A stretch of DNA of 63,989 bases, counting the filler, from Perkinsus olseni (Eukaryota): assembly GCA_013115125.1 (NCBI GenBank). It is 3 parts of 3 records of this genome, joined end to end, with 100 filler letters (N's around TTAATTAATTAA, not from the genome) between each part and the next. Parts side by side here need not be neighbours in the genome. Positions count along the whole stretch, not along the records: positions 22,122 to 44,064 come from JABANN010000551.1; 2 more parts are not named here. The stretch is one strand, 5' to 3'. A program made the translations under genes and the position numbers. A model generated the notes under the pieces. It was given only the letters and a program-made list of their open reading frames with translations, was not told where the DNA came from and made no database searches. Positions 22,122-33,800 of this stretch are shown here, one piece after another (position 1 is the first letter of the stretch; each line of letters opens with the position of its first letter).

Positions 22122-25100
22122 TAATCTGTTATCATTCACTCACCATGGCTTCGGGTTCATCAAACAACACAGGGTCTCCATGGAACTACAACAGGCGCAA
22201 CAATCGATCACCATGCCGCGCGCTGAATAAATGGCGCAGGGCGCCCTCGCGATCGCCCAAAAATGCAACTCATGAAACGGTTTTGCAAGAAGGCGCAACT
22301 TCAGCCACTTTTACCTGTCTTAGCGTTTTGAACGCCCCAAGCACTTGCTCTTGCAAACAAAAGCAACCACAATGGATAATCCATTCAACCCTTCACCCGT
22401 CGTCTACGGTGCCATTCGCGGCGCGGCTGCTGCCGTTGCCTCTTCCCCCACTGAGGTAGGCTTGATGGTCCTTCTGTGACTGCTTACTCATCTTCTCTCT
22501 TCCAGGTGGTCCCATCGGTGAACCCCCCTCGCCCTATGCCAGGCATCCTCGGCCATCTAGAGGTTGTGTAAGTTCCTTTGGGCTTCTCGAAGCTCATGTA
22601 CCTCCGCTCTTGTTCAGGCTGGATGACATCGGCGAAGCCCTGCAAGGCGTCGTCTTCACCTCAATGGACCCGACTGCGGAGCCTACCGGCGAGATCAGCG
22701 GCAACAATTCTTCTGGAGCCGGGGACCTCCTCGGAGGACTCTTCAGTACAACCGAGTAGGTCGCAGAACTGCTCATACCACTCCATTGGTAACTCTTGTT
22801 TCCTCAGATTAATTGCATCTATGGGTGGCCTGATCGTGACGTTCATGCTCGTATGTGTTATGGACCGTCTTGCCAAGAGATGTCGCCATTGGGCGACTGC
22901 CAAAGTGGTCGCTAAGCTCGTCCCTACCCAACAACCTCAAGAAGAAGAGGAAGATCAGCATGAGGAGAGCGAAGTTGACTATTACGTACATTGAAAACAA
23001 CAAAACAGATGTTCATCTATGCCAATTCATGTTGTTTCGTTTTACTAGTGGTTGCTGTGGGGGCGATTGGTCGCAGTGAGCGTGCTCCTGTAAACTCCTT
23101 GAGGGTTATCTGCATGCAAGTACACTTTCGGGTAACCCTGGCGACAGGTAAACTCTCTTTAAACGTTAGTATCTCGAAAGTTTTCATTAGTAAGGCGATA
23201 TGACTTGATTTCTTGCCGATCTTTTCTTTGGCACGAGGGATACCAAGTGGCCTTCCACGCCCTGGTTGTTACATGAGAGAGAATCCTGGTCGATAGGCCG
23301 TTTAGCAGTTCAATTTAGACACTCGACACACAACAGCCTTCAACTTGTAGTTCGCATCGCTATGGGGTTAATGGACAGGTGGTTCTCACTGAACACGGGT
23401 TGCGTTGAAGCTTCTCGTTTGTTCTACTAAGAGTGATGGGAGAGTCGAGGATTGTTATCCTTCTAAGTAGAAGATACATGCCTTAGCGTTGCAGGAGAAC
23501 GATCGATGCGCAGCAGCCCAAGAGAAGTTCCCTGTATTCCTTGAACTCGCCACGCTGAAAGTGGCGAAGAAGCTTCGGGCTTGTCTTCGGAGAAGAAGAT
23601 GCCCCTAGTTCGATACGCACAACCGTAATTGATTTAAACCCGTCCACTGGACGGCGTCCAGTCATCAACCCTCAACGTCGGACATGCGGCTTCGCACAAT
23701 CGCTAGCTAATGAACTCTGTACTTTACAAGGGCTGCTCGACAGTGCACAAATGCTCGTGTTCTCCAAGTCAAACGAACGTAGCGAAGACGCCGTCAGGGG
23801 GCTGGGTGATGAGCAGGGATATGGCGGGAAGTTGCATAGATGAAGAGATCGGCCCATAATTGGGTAAGAGTTCGCGTAACTGAGGAAGAGAACATCGGTT
23901 GGAGTATGCCCACAACAACCCAATTAGTTGAAGCGTGTGATGGCTGAGTGAACTCACACGGCCGAGCACTGGGTCTCCGAAAGGACCACTGGGCGAGACG
24001 GTAGGCAAGCTGTATATGTGAGCATCTGTGACAAGACCGTGGTGCCTTTGGTTAGGTGCCACCCACTCACGAGGTTCACGGCGATGCAGGAGCCAGTGTA
24101 GTTTATCGTAGGGATGGTCTGATCGAGAGTAGCGACTAAATTCGGAAGATTGAAGAAGACGCCCGGGTGGGCAAGTTGCCTAAAGCAACCCACGGCGGGA
24201 ATTCTCATCGTCGTATCGCATCTTTCCTTCAGTAAGCGTTCTCAGAATTAGTCAGACCCAATCGAGTCATTTCAGTGAGTGTGAGAGGATGCAACGAGGA
24301 GCGGCCTACGTGATGGTCCGTGATGGCGTGGATGATTGAAGTGGATACTGTCGGTCGCGTCAGAGTGGGCGGGTAACGACCCAGACGACGGCAGGTGGCT
24401 CCCAATAGAAGGCAGATGCATTCCAACAACACTCTAAGATGAGTGCCTTCTCACGCCGGAGTTCTCAACGGGTGCTCAAGAATCTTGGCACACAGGTGGT
24501 CCTCGACGAGCTAAGTTAATGCTCATGGACTGGAGCATTCAATCAGGGCGCGCATCCACAACTCAACTCAGCATCAGAGGGCCGCTTATGATGACATCAC
24601 AAGAAATCGACTTGCGCTTGACGGTGCCCGCCACCACGTCGTTCCAGACTACCAACCTGAGCGAAGGTCGACTTTCGAAGATACCAATGGGAACGGCGAC
24701 TCACGCAGACGCTCGTCGCGAAGAACAGGCACCCCTGCAACGACCGCATATGAAGCGACTGGTCGAACGGAAAGGTGTCAGTAAAATCTTGCAACGGCGT
24801 CGGTACCGTGTATATCGAGGCGCGCGGTCGGGGCTTCCTCACCAAGGGACGCACTGGGAGACGACCGACACTGGAAGACCTTCCCGCCGATCAGCAACCC
24901 ACTCCGAAAGAAGCTAGTGTGACCCAGATGGTGGCTGTTAGCTGCTGTGCTGTGCTCCCAGGCGTGCATCCAAGCCGCCTAGTATTCCCGGGCTGAGCAT
25001 GGAACCCTCGAGTAGTGATCACACTAAACGCCGGTATATACAAGAATACAAGAAATACAACTTTTAATTGTCCGCTAGATCGTGGCAGCAGGGGGTGGTC

Positions 25101-26282
25101 ACAGAGGATGCAGCCCGGATATCGTTGTGTGTGCTACAGCGAATTGGAAACTAATTAACACTGAGCGCATCAATAACAACAGCAAGATCTACCCCACGGA
25201 CGGTTTATTGACCCTCGCCAGATAGGGAGAAGGCTTCCCTGCTGGTGGACGGGGGACTCCTGAAACACAGAAGCCACAATAGCGACTATTAAGGTGATTC
25301 CATGAGACATCCGGAGGCGCTCGACAGAGACCTCTGTTCACCCACTCGTAGAGGTTCAAAAAGGGGTGACGACAACCCAGTGGCCACGAAGGTTCCCCAT
25401 TCTGAGCTCCTCCGCCGTCCAAGCCACCATTCTGACGTGAAAGCGGGACCCCGATCAACCCACCTCTCCTCTCCACCGCACCCCTCTGGAACTGGGCATT
25501 GGTCGTGCTCCACTTGGGGACCTCACCACTCTCTGCCAGCTCACAGAAGGATGGTGCCTTGCCCGCATACCTACCCGACCATCTGAACGACGCCGTGCGA
25601 GGGGACGTACCGATGTCTGCCATTAACGCCATCTTCCAAAGTGACGATCTCCCTCCAGGACGCGTCATGCCTTTCGTCGGTCTTCGTACTGTGCCGGAAA
25701 TTAGAAGTACCAATGCGCGCCATGATGAACTGCGCGGAGCAGCGGAGCCCACTCAGACTCCCGGGAACTCAGCACGCTGAGGGAGCAAGATAGCGTCTCA
25801 TGAACGGCAGCAGGAATGGCCGCTGCTGGCTCTCGCGAAAACACTGCATTTCATAATAGTACTTTCCTGTTGCACGGAACGAGGTAACGTACGGCAGCAC
25901 CGCGGGAGGACAGTAAAATGATAACAACAACAGAGTAAGTTGAGGTCACCAATGATACAGGACAGCCATCAGCCGTCATAGCTGCTGGCCCTCAGAAGAA
26001 GAAATTCATATTAGCAGGCCAGTAGAATGGCATCAACCCCGCTTGAGGATGCCCAGCTGCAGTGTGCGTGGCAGGTTGAGCCGCTGGAAGCTGCCGCTGC
26101 AGAGGAGGAGGGAACTTTGACTGGAAGAGAGGACGCTTGAAACAGAGTTCGATCTCGTCTCACCGGACTCACCAGATCAACAGCAGTAACAGTAGTGGGG
26201 AATGGTGGAATGCTCGGAGCATCCAGGCCAACCTTAGTCAGGCAGGAGTGTTGTGATCAACTAGCCGACGATGGTGCTTACC

Positions 26283-28299
26283 TTATGGCCTTCTCTCGGC
26301 GAGCGCTGAGGAGGTAGAGGCGGCCCAGCCATGGGTGGCAGGATCGCCTGATCGGAACATCACCTCGGCGGAACGAAGCAGCCAGCCGTCCTCGGAGCGC
26401 TGACTAACCTGACTGTATGCGCCGGGGACCACCCGTGATGGCAGCTGATGGCTCGGAGCCATAGCGACTTGCCGTTGTGACAGGAGGGTCGTCCGGGGCG
26501 ACAGCTGCCCTAGGGGAGCTGAAACCCGTCGAGTAACTAACACAGAGAATACCAGGACAGCCTTTCCCGACAGCCTCACCTTCGGACCTCCACAGCAGAG
26601 GCTGCTGCTGCTGGTCACATTCGACGATCTCATCCTCGCTGATGCTGCTCAACGACGATGCGTCTCGCGATACCGAGTGGTGCTTCTGAATCCACCCATG
26701 GTCCATCGCGGTCGACGCATGCAGTCTGGCTTTAGGGTTCAACTAACAGGAGGAGTTGGTCCAAGGGGACAGCGGCTGGGCTCTTTACTTGCATAAACCT
26801 ATGGATCATATCCCTGGCTGCTGAGCTCGCTACCCCAGGCGGATATGGTACTCCTCTTGACGTCAAGATACGCTGCAAGGGTCAAGCTAAGATACCCGCT
26901 GACCAACACAAGGCTCACATCCCTGACCGCAGCGGGGTGGTGGCTGCCGGCGCCACCCTGATGGACAGCATACGGGCTGTGACCGACTAGGAGGGCGTAC
27001 AGGAGGCACCCCAAGGCCCATCGATCGCAGGGCAGTCCGTGCGGGGCCCCCATTAGCATCTCGGGGGGCTGAGAGAAAGGCACTTCCGGGCATGAACCAG
27101 TCGAGTAAGACTTACCATGCTGTCTACAGTACCACACAGTGTCCGCCTCCTATTGACACTCCCCCCTTCCGAGAGGCTCTCATCGGGTGAGACCATCTGC
27201 TTCTCGTCACCACTGTCCGCTTCCCCATCGCACCGAGTAGACCAGCCGAAGTCACAAAGCCGGATAGAAATACCTGATTTGGCATACCACTCTTCCCCCA
27301 GATCCTGAGTGAAGGTACCAGTATCATTAGCGCCGTAGGGCCGCAACATGAGGACGTTGGCTGTCTTCAAGTCCCGATGAGCTATGTTGCGATGATGGAG
27401 GTGATCCACTGCCGATAATATCTGTTCTAGCAGGACTGCTGGTGGTCCGCACCACCATGGCCGTACTTGGCGGAAGATGACAGCGGCCTGACGCTCAGCG
27501 ACTCTACCGTAGGGCGGGAAGCGGCGGGCCTGCCAATCAGCCAGCACCCCTCCCGTCGCCAACTCCAACTGCATGTAAATGTGGGTCGTGTCTTCGTAGT
27601 AACTGCAGCAGCACAGACCATCCCCAACGACGCTTCCAGGCCGCACGATTCACTCGCCAGGACCTTGCGCAAGCCCAGCGTATTCTCCCAGCGTCACACC
27701 GCAGAACCCGTGATACTTCGCAGTGCTCAATAAGTCCCGTTGGAAGGCGTCTATCGATACAGGCGTGAGTATCACAAATTGAAACTCCCGTGAGCGTGCT
27801 CTCAGGGCACCCTCACCTACCCATATAGTGTTAATATATTCTCATGTTTCAGCTCCTGGTGGGTGGCAATCTCGTTGTAAACCCTGTCCAGCATCCCTCG
27901 ATCGATCAGAGGCTGCTTTTGGACGGCCTTCAAAGCGTAGTACTCCCCCGTCTCCCTGTCAAGGTCCCAGTCGAAGTCCTCCAGGCGCGAGGGCTTACCT
28001 GTCCTTCAGCTGCCTTACTATGGCATAGCTGCCCGACCCCAGGATGCACTGTGTCACACTAGGGTAGAGAGAGAACCTCCTGCCGATCGGACCTGAACCG
28101 ACGAGCCCTTCCCTCCAACCAGAGCCACTGAGGCACCTGGGAGCTCCAACGGCACAGCAGAGATGCACTCGGGAAGGCTGTGCATCTGCTGCTGGTGGTG
28201 GATGGGCTGACGCAACACTAGTTGGCGATGCGCTCGAGGGTCGTTCGGGTTCCGCCAGCTTGACCCTGCCGAAGCGGTGGAGACACTACCCAGAGACAT
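26283..28299 (-). CDS. Ser/Thr protein kinase, Aurora/PLK4-like, multi-exon; the C-terminus may extend toward ~25190
   Basis: The spliced reading is ILGSGSYAIVRQLKDR|ETGEYYALKAVQKQPLIDRGMLDRVYNEIATHQELKHENILTLYG|YYEDTTHIYMQLELATGG...HRDLKTANVL...LCDFGWS...RRRTLCGTVDSM|PPEML...DRWALGCLLYALLVGHSPY...NPKARL...HGWI. Confidence 0.9.
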
Positions 28300-28474
28300 G
28301 CGCTCAATGACTAACTCCAGTACACGAGTAGAGGAAGGAGTGGTACTCTCACCTGCAGTCTGCTCTCCAGACTCCCAGCATTGACCAACACGATCGATTC
28401 TTATTAATGAAAATCATATCTTAAGCGACTAAGCCTTCCCTCAAGAGGTAAGTAATAACGAGGCCGACAAGAGC

Positions 28475-30250
28475 TCATCTCGAAGTCAGATTATATCTTC
28501 CCGGCTGCAGGAAGTAGTCAATAACATCCTCAACCACACCCTCGAGCCTCTGCCGGGCTTCCTTCATGCCCTTCTCGTCGCTAGCCTCACAGTAATACTT
28601 CACCTTCGGCTCAGTACCAGACCCTCTGATGGTGACAGTCGCCTTATTCTCGAAGTAGAGGGTGATCATCTGGTCACTGGGAGTCTGCGGCAGAGCGCTC
28701 TTCTTGTCGGCAGTCCTCGAGTCATAGCCCAGAGTGACGTCCCGGATGCCAGCGATCTTGGAGGCGCCCAGCTGATGCTTGTACTCACCACCATTGCGGA
28801 AGTCGTCAAATACCTGCTTAGTAACCTTGGGGTCGAGCGAGATGAAGTAGCCGTTATGCTGGGCGAAATACCCCACCATTTGACAAAGTTCATTGAACCT
28901 CTCCAGCAAAGTGATGCCCCTCTCCTGACGCCAATAATTAGCCATCTCGCACCACACCGCGCAGGCACTCACGCCGTCCTTGTCGGGCACGGTGAGGGTG
29001 AGGGCGCTGCCTAGAGCCTCTTCATAAGCCGTACAGTGGACCAGCTTGGGGTTCTCAGCCGTCATCTTGAGGGCTTGATTCGCCATCCACTTGAAGCCTG
29101 TGAGGGTATCAACATAAACCCCACCATAGTAGTCAGAAAGGGCCTTGACCATCTTAGAGGAGACAGTGGAGTTGATGACTAGACAGTTCTCTTTCGGGAC
29201 GCCACGACGATGGGCCATCAGCAGCTGCCAGTCCGCGAAGATGGTTCCGAGCTCATCACCGCTGAACTGATGCCAAGACCCATCCTTCTGCTTCTCACAG
29301 GAGGTGTATCGGTCGGCGTCCGGGTCATTGGCGAGGACGTAGTCAGCATTCTCTCGCTTAGCTTGAGCCATGCTCATGTCAAGGGCGCCCTTCTCTTCAG
29401 GATTCGGGAAGGCCACAGTGGAGAACTCCGGATCAGGGTACGCCTGGGCCTCGACCACCGAAACGCAGCTGTCGGGAAAACCGAACCTCTTGAGCATGCC
29501 AAGGGCGAAGGGAAGGCCCACGCCCTGCATGGCCGTGTAGACGAACTTGAGCTCACACTTCTCGTTGAGGTCGGGAAAACGGCAGACCTCATGATGGATC
29601 TGATCGATGTAGGTATTGAGGGCATCGTCATAGGGGTCGATCGTCCCCGACTTGTCCTTAAGGAGGCAGTCGGGCCCTAGCATCTTTACAGCCTCTGGCC
29701 AGGGCGTGAGGTTCTCCATGATCTTAGCTTGGATTTGGGAGTCAGCAGGAGGGATGATCTGGGCACCATTGGAGCCGTAGACTTTGTAACCGTTGTACTC
29801 CTTAGGATTGTGGGAAGCGGTCATCTGTCCGCCACAGAGGGCGTGAAGGCGGACGATGAGGAAAGGGTTGGACGGGGTTATGCTGGTCTTGTCTATCAGA
29901 TACACCTTGGCCCCTTTCGATAGGAAAACTGCCGAAGCCACATGGGCGAAGGCTCGGGACTTGTGACGGCCATCAAAACCGAATACCACACCACGCTCAG
30001 AAAGAGCCTGCTGACCGTACTTCTCCAGACAGTGCATGCAGAGGCCCTGGGAAGCCTGCATCACCGTAAGACAGTTCATACGATCGAATCCCGTGCCCAT
30101 CACCCCTCGGAGGCCAGCGGTGCCGAACTGCAGCCGATTGGTAGGGTTCAGCCGGGCAGCGGCAGCCTGGTCATCGAGGCTTTGAGCTTCCCTGATGGTA
30201 TCAGCATCAAAATCTAGCTCAACCCACTGCTGGACCGCAGGGTTGGACAT
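28475..30250 (-). CDS. PGM2: Phosphoglucomutase/phosphomannomutase (PGM2/phosphopentomutase family), intronless, 591 aa
   Basis: Motifs FGTAGLRG, catalytic TASHNP, FPNPEE, metal-binding DPDADR, TLTGFKW, YEEALG, DKDGV and RGSGTEPKVKYY. Confidence 0.95.
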   Translation of the reverse strand: MSNPAVQQWVELDFDADTIREAQSLDDQAAAARLNPTNRLQFGTAGLRGVMGTGFDRMNCLTVMQASQGLCMHCLEKYGQQALSERGVVFGFDGRHKSRAFAHVASAVFLSKGAKVYLIDKTSITPSNPFLIVRLHALCGGQMTASHNPKEYNGYKVYGSNGAQIIPPADSQIQAKIMENLTPWPEAVKMLGPDCLLKDKSGTIDPYDDALNTYIDQIHHEVCRFPDLNEKCELKFVYTAMQGVGLPFALGMLKRFGFPDSCVSVVEAQAYPDPEFSTVAFPNPEEKGALDMSMAQAKRENADYVLANDPDADRYTSCEKQKDGSWHQFSGDELGTIFADWQLLMAHRRGVPKENCLVINSTVSSKMVKALSDYYGGVYVDTLTGFKWMANQALKMTAENPKLVHCTAYEEALGSALTLTVPDKDGVSACAVWCEMANYWRQERGITLLERFNELCQMVGYFAQHNGYFISLDPKVTKQVFDDFRNGGEYKHQLGASKIAGIRDVTLGYDSRTADKKSALPQTPSDQMITLYFENKATVTIRGSGTEPKVKYYCEASDEKGMKEARQRLEGVVEDVIDYFLQPGRYNLTSR

Positions 30251-30867
30251 GGACAGAATCAGACGAGGGCGGTGAGCTGCGCCACTGTGGACGTACGCGT
30301 GCGGACGACGGAAGGTCGAGGGCGAGCGAGACAGGGTGACCGACGTCCATCGTTCGTCTCAAGCCCCCATACCCTAGGGCGGGGCGTCCGTCGGGCTCTA
30401 GGGTTGTTGGGGAAGCCAATGGTCTGACAAAATGGACCAAGTCGGGCGAATTGGAGAAGTGAGGACATGCGCTGATTATGAGCGAGAAATTCCGAAATTG
30501 TGACATTGTTCCTTAAAACGGCGCATAATCGTCAAAACCAATGTGAAAGCGGCAAACGAAGGAATCTTCGCTCAAAGTCATTATATGATGACTTACGATG
30601 AAGCCCCCCCATCGACCTAAAGATACTCTCGTCCCTCCTCGACCGTCTGAGTCGGGCGCGAGGACTCGATCGCGATTTCGCGGCACCACCGAAGAATCCC
30701 AGAGGCGGATAGTGGACAAGGTGGGCTGCCCTTGAAAGCCCCGGCTGAGGTAAAGTGGCCACCTTCAGGTCATCAGACGCCACTGTGTTAAGCACCATCG
30801 TGCTCATCATCAGCAACTTCCATTAGAATTGGACGCCTTCGGTCCTCCACTGCCTAGCACGTCCACT

Positions 30868-33800
30868 ATGCTCTCCCCACAGGACAAGGTAGGCCAACTG
30901 TGACGACCTCTCTGGTCGTACTGTGCACCAACAGCTCCACCTCCCACCCATCTCCCCCAACCCCTGCGTTTCGTATTCTGGCACGCCGCCGGCGGGGCAG
31001 GAGGCCGAATCGGGTAGGCTAGGACGGTTGTTGAGGTTGTTAGTGCTGAGAACTCAGGCTGGGGTGAGGGCCGTCCAGGCCACCAGTTTCATGGTCGTCC
31101 ATCGATCTCTGGCGGGAACGGCCTGTTGCCCATCATCGCACCAAAGACGCCGGTGAGGGGCTGCAGAGGCACTTAGCTTGGATGAACCCCTCCTCCTCCT
31201 CAGAGCCGCTATCAGCAACAGTGCACGCCTTCTCACAAGGTCTTTAGTGGCGCTAAGGCCCACCGTGATGGTCGTCGCTCGGAAGAGCATCACCCATCGC
31301 GCGGTCAGAGGACCCCTGGCCGTCTCAGCGTGAGTTGAAAGCCATCTTCGACTCATCTGTTATCCGACCGATGGTGTCTTAGGCGATCTATGTCGATGAG
31401 TCCAGACCAGAGGGACGTTTTCAGCGGCAGAGTCATGGCCGCATAGATGAGAATCATCATAGCCATTCCAGTGGACGACGAAAAGGAAGGAGATCCTCTC
31501 TCCCGAAATTGGAAGGTGCCCTCTAGCCTCGAGCTTGGACGATGGACCGCCTCTCCTCATCAGTTTCCCCCACGGCCTTCGCCCCGCGGTTGCCACGTGA
31601 GCTGCCACCCTTGGACCTAGCCAACTTACCCTCGGCAAGTCCCTCTTACCCTCCCCTGACTCTCGACACCCCAGCTGCCTTCGGATGGATGATGACGCCA
31701 AAGTCGCCCCACGGCGCCGTCTGGACTCCTATCGAGAGGTGCCTCAGCGTGGTGAGTCGGGAAGAGTACTTACGGTTATTAGGCCGCCGAGCCCCGGGGT
31801 CAATTGCCGTGCCGTACCATCCACTGTGGATACCATCATCGAAGCTGATGATGAGCAACAGCAGATCAGATTGTCCCACAACTCTGCTGCCGGACCAGCC
31901 TCTATAGACGGCTGCGAGGTGAGAATCTTAGCGCCTCGTGATGAGCATGGGCAACTTGTCCCCTCAGCCTGGCCCAACACTCCACACCCTCCCTCCCCCG
32001 AGGATGTCGCTAAGCCCTTCTCCTCCCGCTAAGCACCCTCCACCGGCTGAGGTGGAGTCGCTTCCGCTCGCTCCGGGTGCCCAATAGACTGCTACCTGTT
32101 CTGAGTATCAGGAGCGCTCGTATTTTACACGTTCAATTTAATCGAAGAAGCTTCGCATTCTGAAGGGGTCTACGATTGCGGGTCTTTCATCAGGTGCACG
32201 TCTCTGGCGTGGTTGAACTTGGGCCGGAGGCTCATTTCGTACAGAGCCCTGCCAAGCCGAAAAAGACTGAGAACGCCGTTTCCGACTCAGCAGTAGCGAA
32301 TCTGAATCTTGCCAGGGTCGACCTAAGATACTCAGGTCGTGTTCCGATCTCCAGGAGAGGAGCGTCGGCCCGGCAAGAGGCGTCCGCGAAGAGTTAAACT
32401 CCGAAGAGCGGAGGGCGCAGTGAAGGCTACTGACCCCACGCCCCCACCGGGCCCGAACTTGCGGATCGACACTTCACTGGAAGATGAGGATTCCACGCCT
32501 CCGCAGCCGACGAGCAAACGACAGGCTGAGATGTTCAGGTCGAAGCTTGCACGATACGGATAAAATGATTCCTCGTGTCCTTCAGTCTGGACGACACCTG
32601 TGGACACCTTCGACTGTCGCGATTGAGTGGCGAAGGGGTGGACACGACGGTTATAGTGGCTGAGAAGGACGTAAGCGAACGGGCGTCAGAAAAGCACTCG
32701 TCGTCACCGATTGAACTCAGCTATGGGGTTCTCGTGGGAGGAGAATCTCCTTCCCGGCTGATCGATTCGCGACGCGAGTTCTTTCCCTGATGATGGTGCC
32801 CTCAGATCAGCTGGATTGGTGAGTCGCCAGACCACACGGACACAGAGGGCAGTGACGTCGACAAGATCACCGCCATTGAGAAGGGCGCTCGGAGTCCCAC
32901 CGGCCCCCACTTCCATGTCTGGGCGGAGGGTGGGGCACTTCGGACTGGTCAGAGGCACCCTGATGGACGGAAACGGCGGGAGGCTAGGAGACAGCAGAAG
33001 GGGCGGGTTGTGCAGCAGTTCAGGGAAGCTGTCTATGAGCACCAGCGCGCGGAGGAACCGGCCAAGAGACAGGTGGGGGTCCTGGTTCGAGTTGGTCAGG
33101 TGACCCTCTGCGGTCAGGTGCTGCTGGAGAGTCTGTCCTCCTCGGCGGGGGTTATTGACATGATGAACATCAAAAAGGTAGGCGTATCTTAGGTTGACCC
33201 GTGGACTTCACGGATTTACAGGGGGAGCGCATCCAGTCACGCATGCCGACGATGTCGACGGAGAGTGGGTGGACTCGGGGTAAGGCTCTGGGAGCGGGCA
33301 CCTCAGCCACCGTGTATCTAGCCCAGAGATTGGTGAGTATCTTTTCATTCCGTGGAGGTCGAGCATGAAGATTCGTCAGGTCGATGGTTTCCTATTCGTC
33401 GCCAAGGAAGTGCCCCTGTCCGGGAAAGGCCTCCTGTGGCGAGATCTCCCGAGGGACATCCGTAACCATCAGCTTGGGGGAGGCTGCTGCCGTTGACTCG
33501 TCCCTGACAGGCAACGAGGCAGTGGTGCTTTCCCGAGCCCGTCACATCGCAGGGGTGGTGGAGTTCTTCGGCTGTGAGGTCATCGGCGACAAGTTCTACA
33601 TTTACATGGAGTGAGGATAGGGTTGTGAAGGTGTGAGTTGGTGGACGGATGGTATAGGTATCTGGGCGGAGGGACGCTGGCCTCCTTGGCGCCCTCATCA
33701 CCGTCGAAGCAGTTGCCAGAACAGCAAGCTGCGTGGTGAGTGGTCGAAAGTCGAGGTCGGAGCTTTATCGGACGCTAGGTATCTTCGGAGGATCCTGCGC

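Noticed and set aside
22122-25100. Possible genes between the first gap and the Aurora/PLK-like kinase
   Set aside because: Only short ORFs on both strands, with no recognisable motif or consistent exon chain, so none is called.
27956-27998. Kinase apparently lacking its Gly-rich loop (reads LEDFDWDLDRETGEYYALK)
   Set aside because: This stretch is a 43-nt GT-AG intron. The upstream exon supplies ILGSGSYAIV in frame.
30251-30500. Spliced-leader relic upstream of intronless PGM2 (and of the S41 gene)
   Set aside because: I saw no match by eye to the CCGTAGCCAT..TGGCTCAAG-type leader.
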